57,139 nucleotides of DNA from contig JACRDK010000022.1 of the NCBI GenBank assembly GCA_016218585.1, positions 1-57,139 of the forward strand. The letters run 5' to 3'. Below the pieces are notes generated by a model. It saw only the letters and a list, made by a program, of their open reading frames with translations, was not told where the DNA came from and searched no databases. How positions within the stretch are numbered: the stretch's first letter is position 1; each line of letters opens with the position of its first letter. The translations under genes and the position numbers were made by a program. The stretch comes from Candidatus Doudnabacteria bacterium (GTDB lineage: Bacteria > Patescibacteriota > Doudnabacteria > UBA920). Of the stretch, positions 1-9,380 are shown one piece after another.

Positions 1-2
1 AT

Positions 3-851
3 TCTAATGTTGCCTCTGCTTACATTTCCGGCAGCTCTCTTTATGTAAATGCTCTAACCAGCGGATCTACTAACATTTATGTCTGCCAAAACAATTCTTC
101 TAACTGCGCTACTTTGTATGTAACGGTGAGCGGGGGGTCTTGTGGCTATTACGGTTGCGGCACCGGCACAGGCAGTTTGTATTTTAACACCGCCAGTTTG
201 CCGGTAATGGTAATTGGCCAGTATTACAGCTACCAGTTGCAGACCACCGGCGGCAGCTATCCATACAACTACTATGTTAGCAGCGGCAGCCTGCCTTATG
301 GCTTGTCATTGTCTTCTTCGGGATTAATTTCCGGCGTGCCAAACAGCACCAATACCTCCACCTTCACTGTAAGAGTCAGCGACAATTATGGACGCAGCGC
401 AACAGCTAACTTTACTATTGGCACTACCGGCGGCGGATTAAACTATCCGGGCGGCGTATTGGGCGCGAGTGCTTACGCCAGCGGCAGACTAATAAAAGAA
501 AACGGTACCGTCTATATAGTTTACAAAAATACCAAAACCGGTTTTATTTCCGCATCCGTCTTTACCGGCTTGGGTTTTAAGTTCAGCAATGTCTCTGACG
601 TTGGTTCGTCTGGTTTAGTTGATTCCGGTTATACAGTTCGCACTGCCGCAGCTAGCCACCCATGGGGAGCTTGGATTAAGAGCGGTTCAACTATTTACTT
701 TGTCCATGAGTCCGGCTTGATTCCGGTAGCCGATTATGCAACCTTCATTAATAATGGCGGGCAAGATGCTTATGTTGTAAACGCTAACACTTACGACTTC
801 CGCCTGCCAATGCTAAGCGTAATGACTTACAGCGATTCAAGGCTTCAATAG
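3..851 (+). CDS. Surface/cell-envelope protein, 5'-truncated by window edge (putative Ig/He_PIG-like repeat, GGVLGAS motif, CPR C-terminal repeat domain)
   Basis: Frame open from position 3; S/T/G/Y-rich; 'SGSLPYGLSLSSSGLISGVP...FTVRVSD' Ig-like repeat; 'GGVLGAS' followed by duplicated 'GRLIKENGTVYIV / GAWIKSGSTIYFV' units. Confidence 0.75.
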   Translation, partial: SNVASAYISGSSLYVNALTSGSTNIYVCQNNSSNCATLYVTVSGGSCGYYGCGTGTGSLYFNTASLPVMVIGQYYSYQLQTTGGSYPYNYYVSSGSLPYGLSLSSSGLISGVPNSTNTSTFTVRVSDNYGRSATANFTIGTTGGGLNYPGGVLGASAYASGRLIKENGTVYIVYKNTKTGFISASVFTGLGFKFSNVSDVGSSGLVDSGYTVRTAAASHPWGAWIKSGSTIYFVHESGLIPVADYATFINNGGQDAYVVNANTYDFRLPMLSVMTYSDSRLQ

Positions 852-948
852 CTTATTAGCTGATAGGTTTTAGCTTATAGCTTTAAAATCCCATCCCGAC
901 TTTGTCGGGATGGGATTTTTGTTTGAACTATAAGCTATAAGCTTGCAA
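849..948. repeat. TATAGCT/AGCTATA tandem-unit palindrome enclosing a bidirectional terminator hairpin (885-920)
   Basis: Left arm tagcttattagct..tagcttatagct, right arm ctataagctataagct; central aaaatcccatcccgac/gtcgggatgggatttt between convergent genes. Confidence 0.7.
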
Positions 949-951
949 GAG

Positions 952-1512
952 TTACTGAGACGCTCTTTCTACATATTCACCGGTGCGGGTGTCGATTCTT
1001 AAAGTATCGCCTTCTTTAATGAACATTGGGGCGTTAACAGTCAGTCCGGTTTCCATAATTACCGGCTTGGTAACATTGCCGCCGCTGTTGCCTTTAGTGT
1101 CAGGCGGAGCCTCGGTAACCTTAAGCTCAATTTTTATAGGCAGTTCAATGGAGACTGGTTTGTTATTGAAGCGTAAAATGGATACTTCCATTCCTTCCTT
1201 CAAAAACTTTTCCTGTTCTTCGGTAACTTCCTTGGCAATGTCCACTGTTTCAAAAGTTTCCTGGTTCATAAAGTGGGTGCCTTCGGCGTCGGCGTAGAGG
1301 AAGCTGGCTTTTTCACGAACTACATCTGCTTCTTCAATGCTTTCTCCGAATTTGAAGGAGTATTCATAAACTTTGCCGGTAATAACGTTGCGCATTTTAG
1401 TCTGCATAACGGGCTTTCTTTGGGCGGTGCGCATGCGGTTGCTCCAGATTACCTGAACCGGCTGGTTCTCCCAAAGAATAATTGTGCCAATTTTTAAATC
1501 GTTTAAATCCAT
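952..1512 (-). CDS. efp: Elongation factor P
   Basis: EF-P motifs 'FLYAD...FMNQETFE', 'IELPIKIELKVTEAPP', 'METGLTVNAPMFIKEGD..RIDTRTGEYVER'. Confidence 0.97.
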   Translation of the reverse strand: MDLNDLKIGTIILWENQPVQVIWSNRMRTAQRKPVMQTKMRNVITGKVYEYSFKFGESIEEADVVREKASFLYADAEGTHFMNQETFETVDIAKEVTEEQEKFLKEGMEVSILRFNNKPVSIELPIKIELKVTEAPPDTKGNSGGNVTKPVIMETGLTVNAPMFIKEGDTLRIDTRTGEYVERASQ

Positions 1513-1516
1513 AATA

Positions 1517-1622
1517 TCGCTGAATGACGCGGAACTTTACGCTGAATGACGCGGAAAGTACAGCATCGTTAATGTTTAGCTTCTGCGTATTTCCGCGTTA
1601 GATTCCGCGTACTTCCGCGTTT
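1517..1622. repeat. CGCGGAA-family tandem-unit palindrome
   Basis: Four cgc(t/g)gaa units then four ttc(t/c)gcg units, between rpsR stop and efp start. Confidence 0.85.
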
Positions 1623-1624
1623 AT

Positions 1625-1855
1625 TTAAGCTGCAACAAACGGCAGCAAAGCCATATGTCTGGCTTGCTTTAAGGCTTTGGTCACCATTCTCTGGTGCTTC
1701 GGGCAGGTGCCGGTGCGGTTGTGATTTAAAATTTTAGCATGGGGGGACATAAAGCGGCGCAAAGTCACCGTGTCTTTGTAGTCCACCGTAGAAATTTTGT
1801 TAGAGCAGAAATAACACTGCTTCTTAACTAGGGGGGTGTTGTTAGTTGGTCTCAT
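1625..1855 (-). CDS. rpsR: 30S ribosomal protein S18 (Zn-binding type)
   Basis: 'CYFC...VDYKD...LRRF...RTGTCPKHQR...ARHMALLPF'; follows rpsF-ssb. Confidence 0.97.
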   Translation of the reverse strand: MRPTNNTPLVKKQCYFCSNKISTVDYKDTVTLRRFMSPHAKILNHNRTGTCPKHQRMVTKALKQARHMALLPFVAA

Positions 1856-1862
1856 AATAAAT

Positions 1863-1946
1863 AAGTTTATAAAGTTTATCAGGTTTGTAAAGTTATAAAG
1901 TTTGGGTTCAACTTGATGAACTTGTAACTTTATAACTTTATGAACT
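1863..1946. repeat. TTATAAAG-family tandem-unit palindrome
   Basis: aagtttataaagtttatcaggtttgtaaagttataaagtt / aacttgatgaacttgtaactttataactttatgaact. Confidence 0.85.
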
Positions 1947-2433
1947 AAAATGGAATGTCTTCTACATTAATGTCTTCGCCTTGGACAATAGTTGGCAATT
2001 CTTCATTTATCACTGGGGCCTGCTGAGAGCTTTGGGCGGGGGCGGAAAAATTTTGGCTCGGAGCGGAAGAAGCGGCTGGGGCATATGGGGCTCCGGTGGC
2101 GCCGCCACCGTCAAGCATAATCATATTTTCCCCGACAATTTCCGTGCGGCTTTTTTTCTGTCCGTCTTTGCCATCCCAGGAACGAGTTTGCAAGCGGCCT
2201 TCAATGTAGACGCGGCGGCCTTTTTTCAAGTATTGGGCGGCAATTTCGCCGAGCTTTCTCCAGAGTACCACGTTGTGATATTCTACTTGCTCAACTTTTT
2301 GGCCGGTGGTCTGGTTGTTATAGACAAAGTTGGTGGCTAAGCCAATTTGGCAGACGCTGGAACCGGATGGCGTTGTGCGCAATTCCGGGTCGCGTGTTAA
2401 TCTGCCAATTATCATAACTTTATTTAAGTCCAT
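1945..2433 (-). CDS. ssb: Single-stranded DNA-binding protein
   Basis: 'MDLNKVMIIGRLTRDPELRTT', 'VYIEGRLQTRSW', C-terminal 'EDIPF'; start placed at ATG 2433. Confidence 0.97.
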   Translation of the reverse strand: MDLNKVMIIGRLTRDPELRTTPSGSSVCQIGLATNFVYNNQTTGQKVEQVEYHNVVLWRKLGEIAAQYLKKGRRVYIEGRLQTRSWDGKDGQKKSRTEIVGENMIMLDGGGATGAPYAPAASSAPSQNFSAPAQSSQQAPVINEELPTIVQGEDINVEDIPF

Positions 2434-2440
2434 AAAATTC

Positions 2441-2515
2441 TCCACTAATTCACTAATTTCACGAATTGCACGAATACCACTTAGTGATATTTGTGTTGAT
2501 TCGTGAATTAGTGGA
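2441..2515. repeat. CACTAAT/CACGAAT-family tandem-unit palindrome
   Basis: Perfect 13-bp terminal inverted repeat TCCACTAATTCAC...GTGAATTAGTGGA with internal cacgaat units. Confidence 0.85.
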
Positions 2516-2522
2516 TAAATAA

Positions 2523-3017
2523 TTATTTTGTTAAATCTTCAGACAAGGCTTCTTCAATTTTTTTATCCAGTTCTTCCTGGTTGATTTCCGTTAAGACCGG
2601 AGTTTCTTTTTTTGCAGCAGGAGCTTTTGCGGCTGGCTTTTCGGCCACAACTGCAACTTCTTCGGCTGGAGGTCCTTTGCGGATAATTTTGGACTGGGCA
2701 ATCTTATCTTTTTCCATTCTCGCCAAGTGTTCGTCCAAATTTACAATCAGGTAGCGAACTATGGTCGAATCCTGAGTGTGGATTTTGGCGTCAAAGGCGT
2801 TAATGTTTTTGCTGTCCATTGCAAAATTTACCACAACATAATGTCCGTTGCGGGTTTTACCAATGGGGTATGCTAATTTTTTCTTACCTAACTGAGTCTC
2901 TCTTATGTCGGTTGCGCCAAAGTCTTCAGCAAACTTTAGTACACCTTGAGCAATTTTAGGTACTTCGTCGTCGGCGACTTGAGCGCCAAGCAAGTACATG
3001 AGCTCATATTGCGGCAT
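2523..3017 (-). CDS. rpsF: 30S ribosomal protein S6 with C-terminal extension
   Basis: 'MPQYELMYLL', 'LGKKKLAYPI...GHY', 'IVRYLI'; ATG 3017 has AAAGGA upstream. Confidence 0.95.
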   Translation of the reverse strand: MPQYELMYLLGAQVADDEVPKIAQGVLKFAEDFGATDIRETQLGKKKLAYPIGKTRNGHYVVVNFAMDSKNINAFDAKIHTQDSTIVRYLIVNLDEHLARMEKDKIAQSKIIRKGPPAEEVAVVAEKPAAKAPAAKKETPVLTEINQEELDKKIEEALSEDLTK

Positions 3018-3202
3018 AGAAAGTATCCTTTCTATCCCCCTAATTGGGGGAATATGAATTATTAAGTTGTTGAAATTATAGCATTTGCTGGGGTTTTTGT
3101 CTATTGACAAAACAATCTAAAAATGCTTTAATATAAAGAATTCTTGGCTTAACCAAGAACTACGCCATTTTGAATTTGGCGTAACCCTTAAGGAGGGTTG
3201 AA

Positions 3203-3661
3203 ATGCCTAACAGACTGAATACATTAAAACACATCGATTCTCTCCACACTTTGAGTGTGTGGACGCCGTTTGGCAGTTTGATGACTGACCTTCATTGCTT
3301 TTTGAACGGTCAGCGTCAGCCTTACGGCAATGGGGAAATCTTCATGATGTCGAATGTGATGCCCTTTACAAACGAGCAGGTTCTTGAATCGCTTGGTTCG
3401 CGGGGCAAAAAAACCCTTCCTCTCTGGCTCGATACGCGGCGGTCGGCTTATCTAAGGTTCAACGCAAGCGTAGCATCTGCATTGCCACTGCCGGGGTCCG
3501 ATACCGCGTGGATTCTGACGCTGGAAGGTGAGGTTAGTTGTCCACGATTCGAGGGTGTTATTACCACTGCAAAGATGGTGGGATTCTACGACTGTAAGAA
3601 CGGTAGGGGCTTCATCTTGATCCCCGAGCTGGCCTTACAACAGTTGTACGTCAATCGGTAA
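3203..3661 (+). CDS. Orphan hypothetical protein (self-contained cassette)
   Basis: TTGACA(3104)-17-TTTAAT promoter, AAGGAGG SD, 152-aa ORF, terminator at 3684-3717. Confidence 0.7.
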   Translation: MPNRLNTLKHIDSLHTLSVWTPFGSLMTDLHCFLNGQRQPYGNGEIFMMSNVMPFTNEQVLESLGSRGKKTLPLWLDTRRSAYLRFNASVASALPLPGSDTAWILTLEGEVSCPRFEGVITTAKMVGFYDCKNGRGFILIPELALQQLYVNR

Positions 3662-3683
3662 TCACATAATGTGTTTTGACAGA

Positions 3684-3717
3684 CAGCGCAGACCTTCGGG
3701 CCTGCGCTGTTTTCTTT
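3684..3717 (+). terminator. Rho-independent terminator
   Basis: acagcgcag-accttcgggc-ctgcgctgt followed by T-rich tract. Confidence 0.8.
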
Positions 3718-3772
3718 ACTCAAAAAACATAGTATGTGTTAAAATAATTTATATCAAATCCCGAACTGGAGG

Positions 3773-4138
3773 ATGAGGATGCAGTTTGCGTGTATTGTTC
3801 TGTTGTTAGTTTTTGCGCCGGCGATGTTTAGTCAGCGTTTCTTTGATAGTCCTGTGGTAATGGGCAATCTTAAGCCTGGCCACAGTATCAACCTCGTTTG
3901 TCCGGAGGCGATGCCGGAGCTCAAGTTCGAGGTTACGGTCAACGCAGCCGGCGAGGTGAAGAAGGCTAAGGCCCTCAAGCCCAGAAGTATGCCAGTAAGG
4001 TATTCAATGGCAGCTTATGGGTTTCTGCGCAATCAGGCCAAGGTTATGGTCTCAAGTTGGACCTTCCGGCCCATGCTATTAAACAACAAGGCGGTTCCAA
4101 TGAGAACCGTAATCACCGTGCCCTGCACCCCGCAATAA
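3773..4138 (+). CDS. Secreted protein with TonB C-terminal-like domain (start may be ATG 3779)
   Basis: Signal-peptide-like N-terminus; 'FEVTVNAAGEVKKAKAL...VSSWTFRPMLLNNKAVP..TVITVP' resembles TonB_C; GGAGG upstream; hairpin about 4168-4197. Confidence 0.6.
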   Translation: MRMQFACIVLLLVFAPAMFSQRFFDSPVVMGNLKPGHSINLVCPEAMPELKFEVTVNAAGEVKKAKALKPRSMPVRYSMAAYGFLRNQAKVMVSSWTFRPMLLNNKAVPMRTVITVPCTPQ

Positions 4139-4264
4139 TCCCGCGCTCTGTTTCGCGCGTATGCAAAAAGGCCTTCCCGCGTTTGGAGGGCCTTTGTCTT
4201 TTTGTCTCACCCCTTCTTCCTTATCTAACTTCGGTGGGCAGGCAGGGGGAGGGAAATTTACAAA

Positions 4265-5341
4265 TTATAGAAAGTGAACCACATCGCCATCTTGAACGAT
4301 ATAATTTTTGCCTTCCGTTCTAATCCAACCTTTGTTTCTGGCTGGACCGTAGCCGCCGGCTTCCAAGAGTTTGTCCCATTGGATAACCTCCGCCCGAATG
4401 AAGCCTTTTTCAAAGTCGCTGTGAATTTTTCCGGCCGCTTGCGGAGCCTTGCTTCCTGCAGTGCAAGTCCAAGCCTTGCTCTCTTTTGGCCCGGCAGTAA
4501 TAAAAGTAATAAGCCCAAGAGTTTTATAAGCTTCTTTGATAATTTTATTTAGGCCGGATTCCGGCAGCCCCAATTCTTTTAAATATTCAGTTCGCTCTTC
4601 GTCGGAAAGTTCCGCCAGCTCGCTTTCAATTTTCGCGTCTATTGGGATGGGATTGGAAATTGGAAATTTGGTTTGAGAAAGTTCGGAAGCGAATTGTTTT
4701 TTCTCCAAATTAAATTCGTCGTTTACTACGTACATTATCGGTTTGTTGGTAAGCAAAATAATATCTTTGCTGTGTTCTCTCTCTTCATCGCTTAACTGTA
4801 CACTGCGAACCATTTCTCCTTTTTCCAGAGCCGTTTTATATTTTTCTAAAACTTGTTTCTTTACAATTGCGTCGCGATCGCCGGACTTTGCCATTTTGTT
4901 TACAGTGGTTAAGCGATTTTCTACATTTTGTAAGTCTGCCAATTGCAGTTCAATGGCAATAGTCTCCATATCGCGGCTTGGGTCAACATTGCCGTTAACG
5001 TGGATAATGTCTTTATTTTCAAACACGCGAACCACTTCCAAAATTGCATCCACTTCACGAATATGGCTTAAAAATTTATTTCCCAGTCCAGCACCTTCGC
5101 TCGCTCCTTTTACAAGCCCGGCGATATCTACAAATTCAATGGTGGTTGGGACAATTTTTTCGCTATTTTCCAGCTTCGCAAGTTTTGCCAAGCGATCATC
5201 CGGTACGGCCACAACACCCACATTGCGGTCAATGGTAGCAAAAGGGTAGTTAGCCGCTTCTACTTTGCTTTTAGTAATGGCGTTGAATAAAGTTGATTTG
5301 CCGACATTAGGCAGGCCGACGATGCCGATTTGAAAGCTCAT
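4265..5341 (-). CDS. ychF: Ribosome-binding ATPase YchF
   Basis: 'GIVGLPNVGKSTLFNA', 'ANYPFATI', 'DIAGLVKGASEGAGLGNKFLSHIRE', TGS 'APQAAGKIHSDFEKGFIRAE'. Confidence 0.98.
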   Translation of the reverse strand: MSFQIGIVGLPNVGKSTLFNAITKSKVEAANYPFATIDRNVGVVAVPDDRLAKLAKLENSEKIVPTTIEFVDIAGLVKGASEGAGLGNKFLSHIREVDAILEVVRVFENKDIIHVNGNVDPSRDMETIAIELQLADLQNVENRLTTVNKMAKSGDRDAIVKKQVLEKYKTALEKGEMVRSVQLSDEEREHSKDIILLTNKPIMYVVNDEFNLEKKQFASELSQTKFPISNPIPIDAKIESELAELSDEERTEYLKELGLPESGLNKIIKEAYKTLGLITFITAGPKESKAWTCTAGSKAPQAAGKIHSDFEKGFIRAEVIQWDKLLEAGGYGPARNKGWIRTEGKNYIVQDGDVVHFL

Positions 5342-5347
5342 AATATG

Positions 5348-5445
5348 ATACTAATATACGGATTAATACAGATGATGCTGATAATACGGATATTTGTGAT
5401 CAGTATTATCGGTAGCATCTGCACGCATCAGTATATCAGTATCTC
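5348..5445. repeat. ATAC(G/A)GAT/ATCAGTAT tandem-unit palindrome upstream of ychF
   Basis: tacggat, tacagat, gctgat, tacggat units then atcagta, atcggta, atctgca, atcagta, atcagta. Confidence 0.7.
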
Positions 5446-5565
5446 GTAAGTTTAGCCAAGGGGAGCATATGGTTTTGACAAAAGGCCGATATAGGAATAT
5501 TATTTGCAGTAGAATTAGGGCGCTTGTACTGGCGCCTTGGTTAAGTAAGTTATGTAAGAGGAACG

Positions 5566-5895
5566 ATGCCAAACAACTATCGGTTGAAGGATTTTGACGG
5601 GACAAATGCGTCCTTTCAGGATGTGGTCAGCTATTTCGAGGCTGTCCATCAGGTTAGTCCTCGTCTTCGTAAGCCGGGTCGACGTCCTCAACTTCTTCAT
5701 GAGCTGAGGCTCGCCGGAGGCCAGCTGAAGGAGATTCGAACCAGTGATCGTCTGAGGGGCGATGGCTTTTCTCTCTCAGAAGCCAAAGCCATCAATCCTG
5801 ACGAAGTCAGGGTGACGCTCGTTCATGAATTCATGGGCGCGCCCCTTCGTACGGCCTCGGTCACGTACCATCGCATTCTTGTTAACCTTGTTTGA
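5566..5895 (+). CDS. Orphan hypothetical protein (self-contained cassette)
   Basis: TTGACA(5475)-17-TATTAT, AAGAGGA SD, GC-rich terminator gggcggc..gccgccc+T tract at about 5934-5972. Confidence 0.65.
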   Translation: MPNNYRLKDFDGTNASFQDVVSYFEAVHQVSPRLRKPGRRPQLLHELRLAGGQLKEIRTSDRLRGDGFSLSEAKAINPDEVRVTLVHEFMGAPLRTASVTYHRILVNLV

Positions 5896-5975
5896 TCACA
5901 TCGATTAGAGCACTCACAACCGTGAGATGCCAAGGGCGGCCCGCAATCACGCGCGGCCGCCCTCTTTCTTTTATA

Positions 5976-6195
5976 TAAAAAAGAGGGGCACGTACTTGTG
6001 CCCCGTGTGAAGGACGCCCGTCAGGTGTCCGTCCTTCAAAGGTTTTTTGGATCACCCCCTTCCGTGGCCAGGCGCCACAACGGCCCTTGCGATTTAGCCC
6101 GGCTATAAGTGTTGGTCTGTTTTGACCGGACTTGAACGAATCGCGTTAACCACGGAAGGGAGGTGTTTTGAGTGTCATCATAGATGCCTCCTTAA
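5976..6195 (-). ncRNA. Candidate structured sRNA / mini-ORF transcript
   Basis: Minus-strand TGCTATAG -10 (about 6201-6208), AAGGAGG + 11-codon ORF MMTLKTPPFRG, long-range stem 6053-6067/6150-6165, hairpin 6009-6037, terminator 5984-6004 + U tract. Confidence 0.4.
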
Positions 6196-6316
6196 TTTCA
6201 CTATAGCACTTTTTTATTATTTTACAATTTATTTGACGAAAATATATTTAGGTAGTACGCTTTGCCTTATGAGCGGCTGTTTAACCGCTCCAAACCAAGC
6301 TCCTAAGGGGGAGTGA

Positions 6317-6787
6317 ATGCAATATTACATTAGAAGCGGAAGGAATGGGGCAGATAATCACGGAAGTCATCCCGACAAAAGAAAGTTTTTGGCGGCTAAT
6401 GATCTTTCCCCAGAGGAGCATCCCGAGACAATCGTACAAATTTGCAAAGCCGTGTTGGCCATTTGCCGCAGGAAGCCGCCCGGTAAAAGAAGTGGTCGAA
6501 TAAAGAGATCCTTTCAGGGGTTTCCGCGAGACCTGACTTCTTTTTCGGCCGCTCTAAGCGGAGTGGGCAAGCAGTTTGGCATAACAGAGGTCTCGAGAGA
6601 AGGAGTCCTGGTTGTTTGCAGGGTCAAGTTTACCGGCGGCTCCATTTGGGTGAGCGGTGACATATATTCTTATGTGTCGCTGCTTAGTAAACTTGAAGAT
6701 GCCAAACAGGCCTTAAGGCGCAGGATTGAAAAACTAGCGCCTGGGGAGAAAATCCTGCATGGCATTTCCGAATTTAACGGCTTCTGA
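6317..6787 (+). CDS. Orphan hypothetical protein (self-contained cassette)
   Basis: TTGACG(6233)-17-TACGCT, AAGGGGGA SD, terminator gccggcatc..gtgccggc at about 6810-6843. Confidence 0.65.
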   Translation: MQYYIRSGRNGADNHGSHPDKRKFLAANDLSPEEHPETIVQICKAVLAICRRKPPGKRSGRIKRSFQGFPRDLTSFSAALSGVGKQFGITEVSREGVLVVCRVKFTGGSIWVSGDIYSYVSLLSKLEDAKQALRRRIEKLAPGEKILHGISEFNGF

Positions 6788-6941
6788 GTTTTCCGTTGGC
6801 AAGCGGCAGCGCCGGCATCCCTTTGTGGTGCCGGCGCATTTTTGTTAAAATAAAGTTGGTCCTGGAGCTTAAGTTCCGAGGTATTCGGCCATACATAATA
6901 AAACTAAAGCAGTTTAAGCGATTTTAGAAAGGAACAAGATT

Positions 6942-7232
6942 ATGTCCGCAGAACGAAGGTCTTCGCCGGAGGAAATAGTTCGCACATTATATGTATCAGA
7001 CTTGGAAGATAAAGATCTTAGAGAGTTGGCCAGTTATATAAGAGCTAACAGAATTAATATTAATCAGGTAATGCTGCAAGAAAAGGGCAGGATATCCGCG
7101 GGATATGAAAAGTTTATTATTGATTTTGGAGACGGGCAAATTGCATTTCGGCCAAATGAAGGGAATATAATTGTTTATGGAACCCCGGAAATTTTTTTAA
7201 AAAAGCTAAGAGAAATAGACCCACATATATGA
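6942..7232 (+). CDS. Hypothetical protein, translationally coupled to phosphomannomutase
   Basis: AGAAAGGA SD; ATGA overlap with next gene. Confidence 0.6.
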   Translation: MSAERRSSPEEIVRTLYVSDLEDKDLRELASYIRANRININQVMLQEKGRISAGYEKFIIDFGDGQIAFRPNEGNIIVYGTPEIFLKKLREIDPHI

Positions 7233-8656
7233 ATATCGACACATCTATATTTAAAGCTTATGACATCCGGGGAATTTACCCAGAGCAAATTAATGCTGAT
7301 CTGGTATATAAAATTATTCAAGGTTATGTCCAGTTAATAACGCGGAAGGACGCGGAAACTAACGCGGAAGGACGCGGAAATTTTTTGGTTGTCGTGGGGC
7401 ATGATATGCGCCTTTCCGGCGAAGAATTCAGCGAGTCGGCAATTAGCGCTTTAACAGATGCCGGAATTAATGTTATAGATATTGGCCTGGTTTCTACCGA
7501 CCAGCTGTACTTTGCCGCGGCAACATTGCCTGTGGCAGGCGGAATTCAAATTACCGCCAGCCATAATCCAAAAGAATTCGGCGGAATGAAATTAGTTCGT
7601 GCTAAGGGAGCGCCAATTTCCGGCGACAGCGGAATATATGAAATAAGGGATATGGTAATTTCCAATTTCCAATTTCCAATTTCCAAAAATAAGGGGAAGG
7701 TGGAGAAGAAAGATATAAAACAAGAATATTTTGACCATGTTTTTAAAACTTTTGACGTTAGCAAAATTAAACCGCTGAAAATTGTTGCCAATACCAATTT
7801 TGGCATGGCGACCCAGGTAATTGATGAGTTGAAAAAAAGGTTGCCCATAGAATTTTTAGAAGTGGTTAATCCGGAATTAGACGGCAATTTTCCTAAAGGG
7901 CCATCCGATCCATTATTGCCCTCTAACCGCGGCGAAACTATTGCTGCAATAGAAAAGTTGCATCCCGATTTCGGCGTTGCCTGGGACGGTGATGCCGACC
8001 GTTGTTTCTTTTTTGACGAAAATGGCAAATTTATTACCCCGGCATATATTAATGCCTTGCTCGCCGGATATTATTTGCAAAAATACCCTGGCGGAAAAGT
8101 CTTGCACGATACGCGCGTGGTAAGAGTGATTGACTATGCCATTGCGCAGAATCACGGCGTGGCCATTATGAACAAAGCAGGGCATTCTTTTATTAAAGAG
8201 AGAATGGCTAAAGAAGATGCGGTGTTTGGCAATGAAACCTCCGGCCATTATTATTTTAAAGATAATTTTTATTTGGATAACGGTTTGTTTCCGCTGCTGG
8301 CTGTCCTGGATATTCTTTCTACAGAAACACAAAAAAATTCACTACAGATGCCTACAGAAGCGAAGCCGATGACGTTTTCGGAGTTGTTAAAGCCGCTGCG
8401 CGAAAAGTTTTATATATCCGAGGAAATTAATTTTGAATTTACAAACACGAATATTTTGGAAGATATAAAAAACAAATATTCAGATGCGGAAATAGATAAT
8501 ACCGACGGATTTAGTTTTAGCTATCCTTCCTGGAGATTTAATGTCAGAAGTTCTAATACCCAAAATTTGCTGCGCTTGAACTTAGAAGCTGACAGCGAAG
8601 AGTTGCTAAAACAAAAAACCGACGAGTTAGTCGGATTCATAAACGAAGTTAAATAG
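7229..8656 (+). CDS. manB: Phosphomannomutase/phosphoglucomutase
   Basis: 'IFKAYDIRG', catalytic 'ITASHNP', metal loop 'DGDADR', 'NETSGHYYF', 'RFNVRSSNTQNLLRLNLEA'. Confidence 0.92.
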   Translation: MNIDTSIFKAYDIRGIYPEQINADLVYKIIQGYVQLITRKDAETNAEGRGNFLVVVGHDMRLSGEEFSESAISALTDAGINVIDIGLVSTDQLYFAAATLPVAGGIQITASHNPKEFGGMKLVRAKGAPISGDSGIYEIRDMVISNFQFPISKNKGKVEKKDIKQEYFDHVFKTFDVSKIKPLKIVANTNFGMATQVIDELKKRLPIEFLEVVNPELDGNFPKGPSDPLLPSNRGETIAAIEKLHPDFGVAWDGDADRCFFFDENGKFITPAYINALLAGYYLQKYPGGKVLHDTRVVRVIDYAIAQNHGVAIMNKAGHSFIKERMAKEDAVFGNETSGHYYFKDNFYLDNGLFPLLAVLDILSTETQKNSLQMPTEAKPMTFSELLKPLREKFYISEEINFEFTNTNILEDIKNKYSDAEIDNTDGFSFSYPSWRFNVRSSNTQNLLRLNLEADSEELLKQKTDELVGFINEVK

Positions 8657-8671
8657 AATTTAGATTTGAGT

Positions 8672-8704
8672 AAGGCCGCCACGACGATTGGTCGCGGCGG
8701 CCTT
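8672..8704. terminator. Bidirectional terminator hairpin
   Basis: aaggccgccacgac-gattg-gtcgcggcggcctt between convergent genes. Confidence 0.75.
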
Positions 8705-8718
8705 TTGGTTTGCGTGGT

Positions 8719-9045
8719 TCAAGCAGCGAGGTTGCTGGGTCGAGCCACTAGTGTCGGTTTGTTTTTAGCCTCTTGCTCTTCTTTTTTGAGCCGTGCCAAA
8801 TTTTCTTCGGGCGTTCCATCAATGGGGCTTGCTCCAGCCTCCATCGGCAGAACAAAGCGCAGAGGCTCTGTTAGCGGCTTTTTGAGGCCACACAAAATCA
8901 GGTTTTTGCCAGAGCCGGTAAAGATTAGAATATGCAGCGGGTCTATTGCAACATTTGTATTCACCTTCACCAGCGGGAGACCTGTGAGGCTGCGGAAAAT
9001 AGACCACATATCCGCGGCAGTGCAAAAGCTGAGCTGAATCGTCAT
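8719..9045 (-). CDS. Orphan hypothetical protein
   Basis: AGAGGG upstream; 4-nt overlap with upstream ORF. Confidence 0.55.
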   Translation of the reverse strand: MTIQLSFCTAADMWSIFRSLTGLPLVKVNTNVAIDPLHILIFTGSGKNLILCGLKKPLTEPLRFVLPMEAGASPIDGTPEENLARLKKEEQEAKNKPTLVARPSNLAA

Positions 9046-9380
9046 GGATGCCCTCTTTCGAATAGTTGTACCAACTTGATCTCGTTGTGGCCGTGGCCGT
9101 TAGTGTTGACCTTGGGCCAAAGTCTGCGTTTAGCGGCGCAGAGGTCTGCGGAACCGGGAAAATAACAAATCTTCTTCACCCATGCTGGTATTTCTACGTA
9201 GTTCAGTGTTCCGCCGCAAGATAAGCAGAGAATTACGTCGTTGTCATGGACTTCTGCATTCCTGTTGACCGGGAACAGTCCGCACCATTTACCCAGGCTT
9301 TGCCAATTTTGAGCCAAGAGGCGTGCTTCGGCATCACCCGTACAAAAAATCACAAAGACGCTTGGCGGTTGAACCGACAT
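9042..9380 (-). CDS. Orphan hypothetical protein (Cys-rich)
   Basis: AAGGAGG SD 9387-9394 supports ATG 9380 (MSVQPP). Confidence 0.6.
   Translation of the reverse strand: MSVQPPSVFVIFCTGDAEARLLAQNWQSLGKWCGLFPVNRNAEVHDNDVILCLSCGGTLNYVEIPAWVKKICYFPGSADLCAAKRRLWPKVNTNGHGHNEIKLVQLFERGHP

Noticed and set aside
1517-1622. Repeat clusters as CRISPR arrays
   Set aside because: Units are 7-11 nt, degenerate and inverted in the second half, with no unique spacers and no cas genes.
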